A stretch of 64,000 bases of DNA from Candidatus Moraniibacteriota bacterium (lineage in GTDB: Bacteria; Patescibacteriota; Minisyncoccia; Moranbacterales; UBA1568): contig JBBCGM010000001.1 of assembly GCA_037201605.1 (NCBI GenBank), positions 147,585-211,584 of the forward strand. Reading direction: 5' to 3'. Below, piece by piece: positions 42,197 to 52,456 of the stretch. The notes under the pieces are model-generated. The model was given only the letters and a program-made list of their open reading frames with translations. It was not told the DNA's origin and ran no database searches. The position numbers and the translations under genes were made by a program. Positions within the stretch are counted from its first letter, which is position 1. Each line of letters begins with the position of its first letter.

Positions 42197-42452
42197 CTAG
42201 ACCCAGATTCCATTTATAAGCTTCTCCTTCTTTTCTCTTGACCATCCCTTAATCTGAGCTTCTCTTAGTCCTTGCCTGAGACTTACTCTTAAACGACTGA
42301 GAGATATACAACAGAACAAAGGGACCCTGCTGTAAAGCCATGCGTGATCCTTTACCGGCATTATGCTTCTCTAATCGCTTCTGCGGCGAGGTAGTAATAC
42401 CCGTGTAGTATCTTCCTGTCCTTGCTTTTGCGATATATACGTACCAATTCAT
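42197..42452 (-). pseudogene. GIY-YIG nuclease-family small protein (UPF0213-like), one frameshift
   Basis: MNWYVYIAKARTGRYYTGITTSPQKRLEKHNAGKGS... The conserved C-terminus LREAQIKGWSREKKEKLINGIWV* is in another frame (stop 42197-42199). Confidence 0.75.
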
Positions 42453-42532
42453 ACGTGCCCTTCGACAAGCTCAGGGTACCTCACCTCGCTTTGCGCCCAG
42501 TTTACACTGAGCGAGCAAAGCGAGTCGAAGTG

Positions 42533-42615
42533 TGGGCAGGGAGGGATTCGAACCCCCGTAGGCATAAGCCGCCTGATTTACAGTCAGGTGCGATTGACCA
42601 CTCCGCCACCTACCC
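42533..42615 (-). tRNA. tRNA-Tyr(GTA), long variable arm
   Basis: Reverse complement GGGTAGGTGGCGGAGTGGTCAATCGCACCTGACTGTAAATCAGGCGGCTTATGCCTACGGGGGTTCGAATCCCTCCCTGCCCA. Confidence 0.9.
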
Positions 42616-42642
42616 ATTTTTTCTCTCATCTCCATCATTATG

Positions 42643-42715
42643 AGCCATCTGTCGGGCTCGAACCGACGACCCACGGTTTACAAAACCGTTGCTCTACCAA
42701 CTGAGCTAAGATGGC
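42643..42715 (-). tRNA. tRNA-Thr(TGT)
   Basis: Reverse complement GCCATCTTAGCTCAGTTGGTAGAGCAACGGTTTTGTAAACCGTGGGTCGTCGGTTCGAGCCCGACAGATGGCT. Confidence 0.9.
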
Positions 42716-42766
42716 CGGGATGCTTCGCCGAGAATACCCTACTTCACCTGAATATTCAAGGCTTTG

Positions 42767-43580
42767 TTAGCGCTGGCTCAGCATCTTTTCGAGCCGCCGG
42801 ATTTTTATTTTGACGGAACGCTCCTGCGGACGAAGCTTGAGGACCTGGCGATAGCATTCTTTCGCATCCTTGGTATTGCCGCTTTCCAGGTAATAATCAC
42901 CCAGCGCTTCATATGAAGAGAAGTCCTTAGGATTGTTCGCGATACGGCCGATCAGATCTTCTTCGGAGAGCACGGGACGCTGCGGCACCACCGGCGTAGG
43001 CGGCTCCTGAACTACTTGCTCGACATGGCGAGCCTCGAATACCGGCGAAGATATCGGCAGGGCCGGCTCTTCCGAAAGCACGTTTTCTTGCTGGCCGCGG
43101 CGACCGAAGAAGGTCTTACGGCGGCGGAAAAAAGGGCTCTGCCAGAGCTGCCGTAGGCTCTTCTGCTGCAAGCGAAGCCTCTGCAGGAAAAGAAGGGCGG
43201 GCAGAAAAGCTTTCGAGCGAAGGAGCCGTAGGAAGAGACTCTTGGGTACGGCTTTCCTCGAGGCGCTCTTGTTTCGCCTGTACCTGGATCTGTTCCTTGA
43301 TAGCCTGTACTTTCTTGCGGTTCGCCCGAATCGACTGCAGCCAGTTGTGCAGCCAGTTGTGAAAGCGCAAGGCGTTCACTTTCAGACGCTGGGCGAACTT
43401 TTCAAGAAAACGAAGCATGAACTCGTTGGTGCGGGAAAAGTGCAGACTGACGGGCTCTCCGTCGGGCATGCCAGCCAAGCGTTCGGCTACCATCGGGTCA
43501 GTACTCTTGCGAGACAGGTACCAAAGCAAGATTCCGAGACAGCTGATAATGATGATCGGCGGGACAATCAGGTACCACAT
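42767..43580 (-). pseudogene. N-terminally membrane-anchored protein with C-terminal TPR-like repeat, one frameshift (~43130-43170)
   Basis: ORF 43116..43580 (MWYLIVPPIIIISCLGILLWYL...) overlaps and continues into ORF 42767..43171 (..YEALGDYYLESGNTKDAKECYRQVLKLRPQ..). Confidence 0.5.
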
Positions 43581-43619
43581 GGAAGAAATTTGATTAGCGT
43601 TTCCCCTATTATATCACCT

Positions 43620-44197
43620 CTAAATTTCGAAGCGGGCAAAACCTCCGACTTGGATATTTTCACCGATTTTGTGGATCTTTTCGGTGATGAGCTCGCTTAC
43701 TGTTTTTTCTGGATCCTTGACAAAGGCTTGGGTCAGGAGGGCGCGCGCTTCGCGGAACTTCTTCTCCTTGCCAAGCATAATGTTCTCGAGCATCTCTTCT
43801 TTCTTGCCCTCGCTCAAAAGCTCAGCGCGCCAGGCAGCTCGCTCGGTTTCAACTACGCTGTCGTCAACCTCTTCGGCTTTACGACTTCTGGCTGCATAGC
43901 GGCCACGTGCATAGCGATATCACGAGCCAGTTCTTGGAATTCTTCGTTGCGGCCTACGAAATCCGTTTCGCAGAACAGCGTAACGAGAGCGCCTACTTTT
44001 TTGTTGGAATGTACATAGGAAGCAACCACGCCCTCGTGGGTCTCGCGGTCGCTTTTCTTGGCGGCCTTGTCCTGACCACGCTTGCGCAGGATTTCGAGAG
44101 CGGCCGTTTCGTCGCCCTGAGCCTCTTCCAGGGCTTTTTTGACGTCGACAATGCCAGCGCCGGTGCGTTCGCGAAGGCTTTTAATCTTATCGATCAT
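43620..44197 (-). pseudogene. tsf: elongation factor Ts (short form), one frameshift near 43860
   Basis: N-terminus [29 protein letters not shown]...[40 protein letters not shown]| then (EE)[30 protein letters not shown]...FARFEI*. Confidence 0.85.
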
Positions 44198-44203
44198 AGC
44201 GTT

Positions 44204-45022
44204 TTATTTTGCGGATGAGACCTCGGGAGTGGTGGCCTTTGTCGAAGCCTCTGTCTTGGCTTCCAGAACGGCTTTGCCGAGAGCTCCGAGGAGAATCTTG
44301 AGGGAAGAAACAGCATCGTCGTTTCCCGGGATGGGATAATCGATAGAATCCGGATTCGTGTTGGAATCGACAATCCCGACGAGGGGAATTTTCAGCTTGG
44401 CTGCCTCCTGAACAGCAAGGCCGGCTTCTTTGACGTCGGCAATAACGATGGCGCCAGGCAAGTCGGCCAGAGTGCGGATGCCGCCTACCTTCTTCTCAAG
44501 GCGCTCGATCTCTTCGGTCTTCTTGGCCTGTTCGAATTTGGTGTACTTTTTGAAAGCACCGGATTCGCGCTGTTCAAGAGAATCGTTCAGATATTTAGCG
44601 CGGCCGTGGATCTGCTTGAAATTGGTAAGCGTACCGCCGAGCCAGCGATCAATCACGTAGGATTCACCGAGCCGGTTAGCGAGCGAGCGCACCAAAGGCA
44701 GGCTTTGCTTGCTCATGCCGACAAAAAGCAGCGGTTTGCCGCTCTTAACGACGTCCGCCAGGAAAGCGCAGGCAGCTTCGAGGCGTTCCTTAGTCTGCTC
44801 GAGGTCGATGATGTTAATGTTCTTGCGAGTCGTGAAGATGTAGTCTTCCATCTGCGGGTGCCGACGAGACTTGAGATGGCCGAAGTGGACGCCTGCCTTC
44901 AGGAGGGATTCCAGATCGGTTGCAAGCTCGCCAAAAGCGAGGTCTGCGAAATAGTCCTCTTTCGCCGTCATCGGCACGACGACAGCCGCTGCCTCGGGGG
45001 CAGTTTGGGTTGGTTCTGTCAT
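44204..45022 (-). CDS. rpsB: 30S ribosomal protein S2
   Basis: ..LLKAGVHFGHLKSRRHPQMEDYIF..RKNINIIDLEQT....IVDSNTNPDSIDYPIPGNDDAVSS.. Confidence 0.95.
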   Translation of the reverse strand: MTEPTQTAPEAAAVVVPMTAKEDYFADLAFGELATDLESLLKAGVHFGHLKSRRHPQMEDYIFTTRKNINIIDLEQTKERLEAACAFLADVVKSGKPLLFVGMSKQSLPLVRSLANRLGESYVIDRWLGGTLTNFKQIHGRAKYLNDSLEQRESGAFKKYTKFEQAKKTEEIERLEKKVGGIRTLADLPGAIVIADVKEAGLAVQEAAKLKIPLVGIVDSNTNPDSIDYPIPGNDDAVSSLKILLGALGKAVLEAKTEASTKATTPEVSSAK

Positions 45023-45158
45023 TACTTTTATCCTTTGTGAATTACTTCCACCTATTTCCCCGAATCGGGCCCAAAACGCTTGAGGCGCAGGAAAGGGCTG
45101 TAACAGAGGGAAATATGTCGATTTTCGAGCCTCCGGACGGAGGGAAAATACGCTCAGC

Positions 45159-45208
45159 AGTATAGCAGAAACCTGAGGCTTGTCAATTTTGAACTCTTAT
45201 GTTAGACT
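45159..45208. promoter_or_regulatory. back-to-back promoters for rpsB (minus: TTGACA-16-TATACT) and rpmE (plus: TTGTCA-17-TAGACT) sharing the -35 region
   Basis: Minus -35 at 45181-45186 and -10 at 45159-45164. Plus -35 at 45180-45185 and -10 at 45203-45208. Confidence 0.5.
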
Positions 45209-45238
45209 TTCCCTTGCTTTTATTTTTGGCTTGTTTGT

Positions 45239-45544
45239 ATGAAACCAGGCATCCACCCAACCTATTTTGACCAAGCGGTTATCTCATGCGTCTGCGGCGC
45301 CGAGATCCATACCGGCTCGACCGTAGAAAAGATGCAGACTGAAATCTGTTCTGCTTGCCATCCCTTCTACACGGGTAAGAAGAAATTTATCGACTCAACC
45401 GGTCGCGTTGATCGCTTTAAGCGATTGTCCGAAAAAGCGGCTGTAGCGAAGACCGTTCACAAAAAAACGGTAAAGGAAAAGGCAACGCGCGAAAAAGCGG
45501 CTGTCGGTACTGCTAAGACCAAGAAGGCAGCTCCGAAGAAATAG
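45239..45544 (+). CDS. rpmE: 50S ribosomal protein L31 with Lys-rich C-terminal extension
   Basis: MKPGIHPTYFDQAVISCVCGAEIHTGSTVEKMQTEICSACHPFYTGKKKFIDSTGRVDRFKRL.. plus the tail ..AKTKKAAPKK*. Confidence 0.95.
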   Translation: MKPGIHPTYFDQAVISCVCGAEIHTGSTVEKMQTEICSACHPFYTGKKKFIDSTGRVDRFKRLSEKAAVAKTVHKKTVKEKATREKAAVGTAKTKKAAPKK

Positions 45545-45644
45545 CTTTCTAGAGGACCATCTGAGGCCCGGGCTTTATGACGAGCTCGGGCCTTTCTGTA
45601 GCACCAGCTGAAAACAGGCTATACTTGAACCACTCATTCCCCTT

Positions 45645-46744
45645 ATGAAAGATCTCCTTTCAAACATCGAAAAAGAATATCAGGACACGACGGCTGCCCT
45701 CGAGGATCAGGCCGTGCTTCAGGATCCCAAAAAACTGATTGCTCTCGGACGCAAGAAGGCGGAATTGGACACCGTGATGGAATCGGTCCGCCGCTTTCGG
45801 ACCATTGAGAAGCATATGCGCGAAAACGCTGAGATGACTCAGGACCCGGAAGCGGAGGCGACCTGAAGGCGCTCGCTATCGAAGAGAATCTGGCACTGAG
45901 CGAAGAGAAAGGCGTGCTTGAAGAGACCCTCAAACGCTTGCTTCTTCCCAAAGACCCCTCGGATAGCAAGGATATCATCATGGAAATCCGAGCCGGAGCC
46001 GGCGGAGACGAATCGAGCCTCTTTGCCGCCGAACTGTACCGCATGTATGTCCACTATGCCGAAGGCTTGGGCTGGCGTGTCGAGCTCTTGCACTCGAACC
46101 AGACTGAGGTAGGAGGCTTCAAGGAAGTTGTGTTTGAGATTAATCGGGGCAATAGTACTGCGCCCGTCTACCAACAGATGAAATACGAATCCGGCGTGCA
46201 CCGCGTCCAGCGCGTACCGGCAACGGAAAAAGCCGGCCGCATCCACACTTCCACCGTCACAGTGGCTGTTCTCGCCCAGGCAGAAGACGTCGAGGTAGTC
46301 ATTAGTCCTAGTGATCTGCGCATTGATACCTTCTGTTCATCAGGACCAGGCGGACAATCTGTCAACACGACTTACAGCGCCGTGCGCATTACGCACATGC
46401 CTTCCGGCCTCGTGGTGAGCTGCCAGGACGAAAAGTCGCAGATCAAGAACCGGGAACGCGCCATGAAGGTGCTCCGCTCGCGCCTCTTGCAGCTGGAAGA
46501 AGAACGTGCGGCTAAGGAATTGGGCGACGCACGCCGCAGCCAGATCGGTTCAGGCGACCGGAGCGAGAAGATCCGCACCTATAACTTTCCCCAGGACCGT
46601 ATTACCGATCATCGAATCCATGAATCCTGGAGCAACATGGAAGAAATCCTCGGCGGTAATCTCTCCCCTCTTATCCAAGCCCTTGAAACTGAAGACATTC
46701 GGCGCAAATTGGAACGCCAAGAGAAAAAAACGACCGATGTCTAA
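45645..46744 (+). pseudogene. prfA: peptide chain release factor 1, one frameshift at ~45862
   Basis: RF1 tripeptide PAT ([14 protein letters not shown]) and GGQ ([12 protein letters not shown]). The N-terminal 73 codons are in a different frame. Restoring one G in gaggcg[g]acctgaag gives ..[30 protein letters not shown].. Confidence 0.9.
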
Positions 46745-47615
46745 TCTTGCAAGCCTTGCGCACGCAGTGCGCCAATCCGGCACGGTGGCCGCGGAGGATT
46801 TTTGGGTGCTGGCCGCTTTTGTTACTGGCAAAGAACGCGCTCTCCTCTTGGCCCATCCGGAAATGCTTCTGTCGGAAGAAGAGGCTCGCCGATTAGAAGA
46901 TTTTCTGGAACAGCGGGCTCAGGGAAAGCCTCCTGTGGCGCTTATTACCGGCCGCAAAGAGTTTTTCGGCCACTCTTTTTTGGTAAACGAGACTACGCTT
47001 GTTCCGCGCCCCGAAACAGAAATTTTGGTTGAAAGCGTCCTCGCACGACTGCCAGAGTGGCGTGCCCGCGGAAAATCGGTCATGGTGTGCGATATCGGTA
47101 CGGGAAGCGGCGCCATTATTGTGAGCCTAACAAAAGCGCTCTCTCAAGAAATGTCAGTTCGTCTTTCCTTTTTCGCAAGCGATATCTCCAAAGGAGCGCT
47201 GGCTGTTGCACAACAAAATGCCGCAAACCTCCTCGGCGCAAACCGCATTTCTCTTGTCACTTTTTTGCATGGCAGTTTGCTTTCTCCCTACCGTACGCTT
47301 TTGAAAGAAGATGCGCATACGATCATCCTGGCCAATTTGCCGTATTTGAGCGACACGCTGTATGCCCAAGCACCCAAAGACGTGCGGGCCTTCGAACCCA
47401 AAAGCGCTTTGTGGGGCGGGACAGACGGCTTGGATTGTTACCGGGCGCTCTTTGCGCAAGCCCAAGAACTTGCCGGATCCTTCGAACTCTTTATTGAGAT
47501 CAGTCCTGAGCAAGAAATACCTCTCCGCATACTCTCCGAAAGCGCTTTTCCAAAGGCAACCTGCACTTTCTTGGCAGATTTGTCCGGACAAAGCCGTATC
47601 GCACACATTGGATAG
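46737..47615 (+). CDS. prmC: release-factor glutamine N5-methyltransferase (PrmC/HemK)
   Basis: The ATG overlaps the prfA stop. Motifs: ..[20 protein letters not shown].., [19 protein letters not shown]. Confidence 0.85.
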   Translation: MSNLASLAHAVRQSGTVAAEDFWVLAAFVTGKERALLLAHPEMLLSEEEARRLEDFLEQRAQGKPPVALITGRKEFFGHSFLVNETTLVPRPETEILVESVLARLPEWRARGKSVMVCDIGTGSGAIIVSLTKALSQEMSVRLSFFASDISKGALAVAQQNAANLLGANRISLVTFLHGSLLSPYRTLLKEDAHTIILANLPYLSDTLYAQAPKDVRAFEPKSALWGGTDGLDCYRALFAQAQELAGSFELFIEISPEQEIPLRILSESAFPKATCTFLADLSGQSRIAHIG

Positions 47616-47627
47616 ATTCATAAATAC

Positions 47628-47664
47628 AAAAAATCCCCCTCATGGGGGACTTTTTGTATTTTAA
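47628..47664. terminator. bidirectional intrinsic terminator
   Basis: aaaaaatccccc-tcat-gggggactttttgtatttt. Confidence 0.75.
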
Positions 47665-47684
47665 CCAAAATGAAAGAGGAGAAA

Positions 47685-47831
47685 CTACTTGCGCTTCTTA
47701 GCCTTTTTCTTCGTGGTCTTCTTAGCAGCCTTTTTGGTTGCCTTTTTCTTCGTGGTCTTCTTAGCAGCCTTTTTGGTCACCTTCTTTTTGGTGGACTTCT
47801 TCTTGGCTACCTTTTTTTTCTTTGTTGCCAT
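47685..47831 (-). CDS. 48-aa extremely basic Lys/Ala/Thr-repeat protein (histone-H1/Hc1-like tail composition)
   Basis: Hand translation: MATKKKKVAKKKSTKKKVTKKAAKKTTKKKATKKAAKKTTKKKAKKRK*. RBS aaaggaggtg lies 7 nt upstream. The DNA contains a 33-bp direct repeat. Confidence 0.65.
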   Translation of the reverse strand: MATKKKKVAKKKSTKKKVTKKAAKKTTKKKATKKAAKKTTKKKAKKRK

Positions 47832-48785
47832 TGTGCTCACCTCCTTTCAGAACGCTTACGGCACATCAGTTTATGTGACTCGCTTACGTGATAGTTGCAC
47901 AACACAATTTATTTTTCGTGTTGGTGATACAGATTGTTCTCTGTATATTTTTATTATACACATTTTTTGAAAAAAAATAGTCTTTTAAAAAAAGTTGTCA
48001 ACACTCTGAAAGAAAAATTATAGGAGTTGAGAAAAAATTATAAATATTTTTCAAAAAAGATATTTTAAAGGAGTTCGCAATAACTTTAATGAAGTAAATC
48101 GGATAAAAAAATCCGTGCGGGCATTTCGGCCGACACGGAAGTATGCATTCAGAAAGCAAAGTTGACACTCACCCCCGAACGCTTTGCGCGGGAAAGCGGC
48201 GTTCTTCGCCAACTTCTCCCGAAAAACGATCCTTGGCTCGATGCCTGGTTGAGAAACTGCCGAGCCGGAGACCAAGGCCGTCGGCACATGCTTGGCCGAG
48301 CTGACAAAATGGCCCTTCAGACTTTGCCAGTGGAAGCGGAGACTCTTCGAGTCTCAGTGCCTTGGAGGGAAACGCAAGCGGAATGGAAAACTTCTGCTTG
48401 AGTGGAGCAGAAGTAGCCGGTGCTGCCAGGCTCTTTTCTTCTCCATATGAGAGGAGAAAGAGGGCAAACACAAAGGTACCTATGCGCATACCGAATTCTC
48501 CTTTTTGCTTTCAAAATTGTAGAAGAACTTAATTCAATTATAAACCTAAAGTGTCATTTTGTCAATAAAAGTAAAATTAGCCCACAAATAAGCCTTCTTG
48601 TCGCCGTTGCGCCCCGACCCCCAAAGTCCGTACCATAGATTGTGGAGAGGTCACGCGGTTCTCGGGACGAACCCAGAACCGTAGGGGCTTCAACGTAAGC
48701 ACGTACTCTTCCCAATTTAATATGCAAGGATTTGCTCCGAAAGTTTGTGGGGCAGATTCTAAGACTAGAAAGAGAGGTGAATTCT

Positions 48786-49389
48786 ATGGAAGATCACGAA
48801 CACGAAATCGTTCATGAAGTCAAAGAAGAAAGTCCAGCAAAGGTCTGGGTCCAGGAGAACCTCCGGGTCATCGTCAGCATCTTTATCGTTGCTGCGATCG
48901 CCTTGGGAATCTACTCCTACTCTCAGCGCACCGACATGAGTAACATCGCGAGCGACTCGAACGCTCTCCTCGACACGAATGGGGAGCAAGTTGCCGAAGA
49001 TGGACAAATGGCAGGTGAAGCTGCAAACGAAGACCAGAGCGGTATGGAGAGCGGAGACCAGGCTGTTTCGCCGGAACTCTCTCACGAAACCGACACGTCA
49101 TTCGTCGAAGCCGCAGCCAAGGGCGACGGTACGACCCATTTGGCGCGCCGGGCACTCATGAACTATCTCGAAAAGAACCCCCGACTCCTCGCTCACTTCT
49201 GAGCACAAAGTGTACATCGAAGACTACCTCAGAAAGAACGTGGGTCATCCCGGAGGACTTACCCCCGGTCAGTCAGTGGAATTCTCGAAAGACCTGATCA
49301 ATCAGGCCATCAGTCACTCGAAGAATCTCAACGAATCTCAGCTCCAGAATCTCAAGAAGTACTCAAGCCGCGTCAGCGCTTATCGCTAG
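48786..49389 (+). pseudogene. hypothetical single-TM protein, one frameshift (extra C in a C-run at ~49187)
   Basis: MEDHEHEIVHEVKEE...LRVIVSIFIVAAIALGIYSY... continues as ..NPDSSLTSEHKVYIEDYLRKNVGHPGGLTPGQSVEFSKDLINQAISHSKNLNESQLQNLKKYSSRVSAYR*. Confidence 0.45.
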
Positions 49390-49461
49390 AGCGGTCAATC
49401 TCTTTCCGGTTCTTTCCCGTACGAAAACAAAGGCTCCGCAACGCGGAGCTTTTGTTTTTTC

Positions 49462-49880
49462 CTAGAAGGAAAAAGGCGCTGAGAGAAAGTGAACCCGATC
49501 TCCGAGTTTGAGAGTGGCCGCTTTCCCTGCGGGTAATTCTACAACGCGGGTAGCCTCCTCGGGAGGGCTATAGATTTCCTGCGAGTTCTGCGAGAGGCTG
49601 TGGCTCGATCCCAAACCACCCTTCCTCCCGAAAGCCACACGATGTCGAGCGGAAAGCGCATGCCCTGCATATGGAAAGCGTAACGGCCAGGGCTGGGAAA
49701 TTCAAAACAGCATAGCGCAGGTCGGGCAAAGGCTGTCTCGGCCGGAGAGTCCCCGCATACGTTCCTCAGGCGTTCGGGCAGTTTCCAGCGTGAACGCCTC
49801 ATGGCCAACGATGAGCTTTTCCGGAGGAGCTGCTAGAAACAAGGAGAGGAGGAGAAGGGCACTCAGAAAAAAATCCGATG
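49462..49880 (-). pseudogene. DUF192-family protein, >=2 frameshifts; 5' boundary approximate
   Basis: ..TLETARTPEERMRGLSGRDSL...AMLF / EFPSPGRYAFHMQGMRFPLDIVWLSGGRVV / ..EIYSPPEEATRVVELPAGKAATLKLGDRVHF.. Confidence 0.6.
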
Positions 49881-49889
49881 CTAAAAAGC

Positions 49890-50943
49890 AGGAGAGTTCC
49901 CCCGTATTGATGCAGACTACTTGGCAGTAGCCGTTTTCCCACTCCACATAGGATAAGAATGCAAAGACGCTGCCCAAAACGATGAGAATGGCCGCGAGCT
50001 TCCCGAGGAGCATCGTATGGAGCGCGATCAGCGAAATAGCGGCTGTGGCCGTATAGAAGAAGAGAGCAATCCTGGTTTCCGACCAGCCCAGATCGCGGAG
50101 GCGGTAATGGAGATGACGCGTATCAGGCAGAAAGACGGACGCGCGGGCCCGGAAGCGTTTCCAGATGACGAAAAGGGAATCGGCGATCGGCAGCGCCAGT
50201 ACCAGCAGAGCCGTCGCTATTTTGGTACCCGAAAGAACGGCCAGAACCGCCACCAGGAATCCCAGGAAAAGCGCGCCCGAGGTACCCGCGAGAATTTTCG
50301 CCGGATGGAAATTGAAGATCAGGAAGCCAAGCACGCTCCCCAAGCCGGCCGCCGCCAGAATGGCAATAGGAGGCTGGTTGACGAAGGGCTTCAAGGAAAG
50401 CACAAAGATTGAGAAGAAGGCGAACAGAGATACGCCTCCGAGCAGGCCATCGAGGCCATCGAGCCAATTGACGGCATTGAGGACCAAAAGGATCCAGGCA
50501 GATAGGATCAGAAACCCAGGGAGAAGCAGCATCGGGGCTTCGAGAGACCAGGCTCCCCCGAGAGGGTTGGTAACGGAAAGAATTTTGACTCCAAAGAGGA
50601 AGATAATGATGCAGAGCGATATTTGGAAAAAAAGCTGAATCTGCCAGTCTTGTTCTCTGAAATCATCCCAGAGGCCGAAAAGGAGAATAAGAAGCGAGCA
50701 GACCAGAAGCCCGAGAATCTCCTTTGTCAGTACCAGGTGGGGATCAAGGAGGACGGCAAGGCCGAAACCGAAGATAAGCCCAATGCCTCCTAAGCGTGAC
50801 AGGTGCTCCTTGCCAGCGTGCCGAGTTTCGGAGCGTTTTCCTGCTCCTGCTGACTGCGTGAAGTAGGGAATGAGAACGAACAGAAGAATGGTGCCAACGG
50901 AAATGCCGAATGCTATGAGAAAAGCTGGGAGGTAGAGAAGCAT
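49890..50943 (-). CDS. family-4 glycosyltransferase (MraY/WecA-type polyprenyl-phosphate sugar-phosphate transferase); 3' end uncertain
   Basis: 10-11 TM helices with LLVLNAVNWLDGLDGLLGG. As assembled, the ORF reads through to 49702 into the DUF192 gene. Confidence 0.75.
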
Positions 50944-50946
50944 GGA

Positions 50947-51351
50947 TCAGTAATTTATAAAGGCGATACTCAAACTGGAGAGAACGATGGCAAAGGAGAG
51001 GAACAGCATAGCCAGAAGCAGAAGGTACGAGGCGATGCGCTCATGGCGACGGTAGAAAGAGCGGGCCAAGAAAAGGTGTCCGAAGAAAAGCAAAGTTGCC
51101 ACGCCGGGTAAAAGATAGGCATGCCACCACGCCCCAAGCAGATCGACTCCGAAATAGATGTTGTAATGGAGCACAATTGAAGCTTCGCGCGGCCGAATCA
51201 CCCAAAGCAGTATCCCGAGGCTTGCCAGAAGAAAGAGCGCATTCCCGATCATGAGCGTGCGCACAAAGGAATTGCCAAAAAAACTCACTCCTTTATCCAA
51301 CTCGCCAAGAGTCGCTTCCCAGTCTTTGGCTTTGCGGCGAAAAAAGCGCAT
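50947..51351 (-). CDS. small membrane protein (3 TM), hypothetical
   Basis: 134-aa ORF tightly packed between rmuC and the GT4 gene. Confidence 0.5.
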   Translation of the reverse strand: MRFFRRKAKDWEATLGELDKGVSFFGNSFVRTLMIGNALFLLASLGILLWVIRPREASIVLHYNIYFGVDLLGAWWHAYLLPGVATLLFFGHLFLARSFYRRHERIASYLLLLAMLFLSFAIVLSSLSIAFINY

Positions 51352-51352
51352 A

Positions 51353-52429
51353 TCAGGATTCAGTAGTTTCCGATCCGGTTACTAACGTCTCTGGATCCGA
51401 GCCAAGGCCGGCCCGGGCGGTTTCTAGGTAGCCAGATACGCGGAAGAGCTGTTTCTCCGCGTCCTCGTATTTCTTGCCCGCACTGCCGAGATGCTTGCCT
51501 AAAACTTCGAATTCGCGCGAGAACTTGCCCTGCTCGCGCGCCAGACGCTCTAATTGCACCATAATTTCCTTGGCACGCTTCTCAATCTGCATCCCCTGCA
51601 AGCCGAAGAGAATAGTACGCATGTAGGCATAGAAGGAATTAGGGGAAACGGGAATCACCTTACGGTCCGCAAAATACTGGAGCAGCCCCTGATCATCTTC
51701 GTCCTTGATAATCGTCTCGTAGTAGACGTTTTCGGCTGGGATATACATGAGGGCGAAATCGAGCGTTCCCTCTTCCGGTACGATGTATTTTTTGGCAATG
51801 GCTTCCACATGCTTTTTGACGTCGCTGTAGAACTGGCGCCGTGCGGAACGCTTGTCCTCGTCCAGAGTCGCCGTTACCAGGCGTCGGAAATTCTCGAGCG
51901 GAAACTTGGAATCTACGGACAGCGAGCCGCCCTTCATGAGAATGAGTGCATCCACCACCTCGCCGCTCTTGAACATATGTTGAAGCTCGAAGTGCTCTTT
52001 GGGTAACATCTGCTGGAGAAGATCTTTCAGCATGTGTTCGCCGAAACCGCCACGGATCTTGGGGGCTTTCAGGATTTCCTGCAGGCTGGCTACTTCCTTG
52101 CCGACTTCCAGGATTTTTTCGCTCGAGTGACGCATGGCTTCAAGAGAGCGCTGGACATCGGCATAGGAACGGGCTGCGCCGTCTAGGCGCTTGTCGAGCC
52201 GTTCGCTGGAATCATGCAGGCGCTTGTCGAGCGCCTGCTCGAAATGAGAGAGCTGCTGATTGAAGGCACTTGAGAGATACTGCAAACGCTCATCAAAATT
52301 GCGCCCCAGCTGATCGACTTTTGCCTCCGTACTCGACGGCGCAGCATCAGGCTTTCGGAATGCGAAAAGCAGCCAGGCGAATACGCCGGCAATAAGTATC
52401 CCAAAAATAAAGGCGAGGGCGAGGTTCAT
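51353..52429 (-). CDS. rmuC: DNA recombination protein RmuC
   Basis: N-terminal TM and coiled coil, then ..[23 protein letters not shown]...[13 protein letters not shown]...[22 protein letters not shown]. Confidence 0.85.
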   Translation of the reverse strand: MNLALAFIFGILIAGVFAWLLFAFRKPDAAPSSTEAKVDQLGRNFDERLQYLSSAFNQQLSHFEQALDKRLHDSSERLDKRLDGAARSYADVQRSLEAMRHSSEKILEVGKEVASLQEILKAPKIRGGFGEHMLKDLLQQMLPKEHFELQHMFKSGEVVDALILMKGGSLSVDSKFPLENFRRLVTATLDEDKRSARRQFYSDVKKHVEAIAKKYIVPEEGTLDFALMYIPAENVYYETIIKDEDDQGLLQYFADRKVIPVSPNSFYAYMRTILFGLQGMQIEKRAKEIMVQLERLAREQGKFSREFEVLGKHLGSAGKKYEDAEKQLFRVSGYLETARAGLGSDPETLVTGSETTES

Positions 52430-52456
52430 GGCAACTTTTTAAAGGAGAATCCCTTC

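Noticed and set aside
47689-47970. Plus-strand ORFs rich in Phe/Leu (MRFLAFFFVVFLAAFLVAFFF...) that look like a membrane peptide.
   Set aside because: They are the antisense image of the Lys-repeat gene on the minus strand. That gene has a strong RBS (aaaggaggtg) and a terminator, and the plus-strand ORFs have neither.
48169-48489. 106-aa minus-strand ORF with a signal-peptide-like start.
   Set aside because: It has no RBS and no recognisable domain. Its composition changes midway, and it overlaps equally long ORFs in other frames. There is not enough support to call it.
48655-48680. Hairpin ggttct-c-ggg-ACGAA-ccc-agaacc, resembling a guanidine-II (mini-ykkC) ACGR-loop hairpin.
   Set aside because: The loop is 5 nt and not an ACGR tetraloop. 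Only one hairpin is present where the motif needs two. The downstream gene is not a guanidine transporter or carboxylase.
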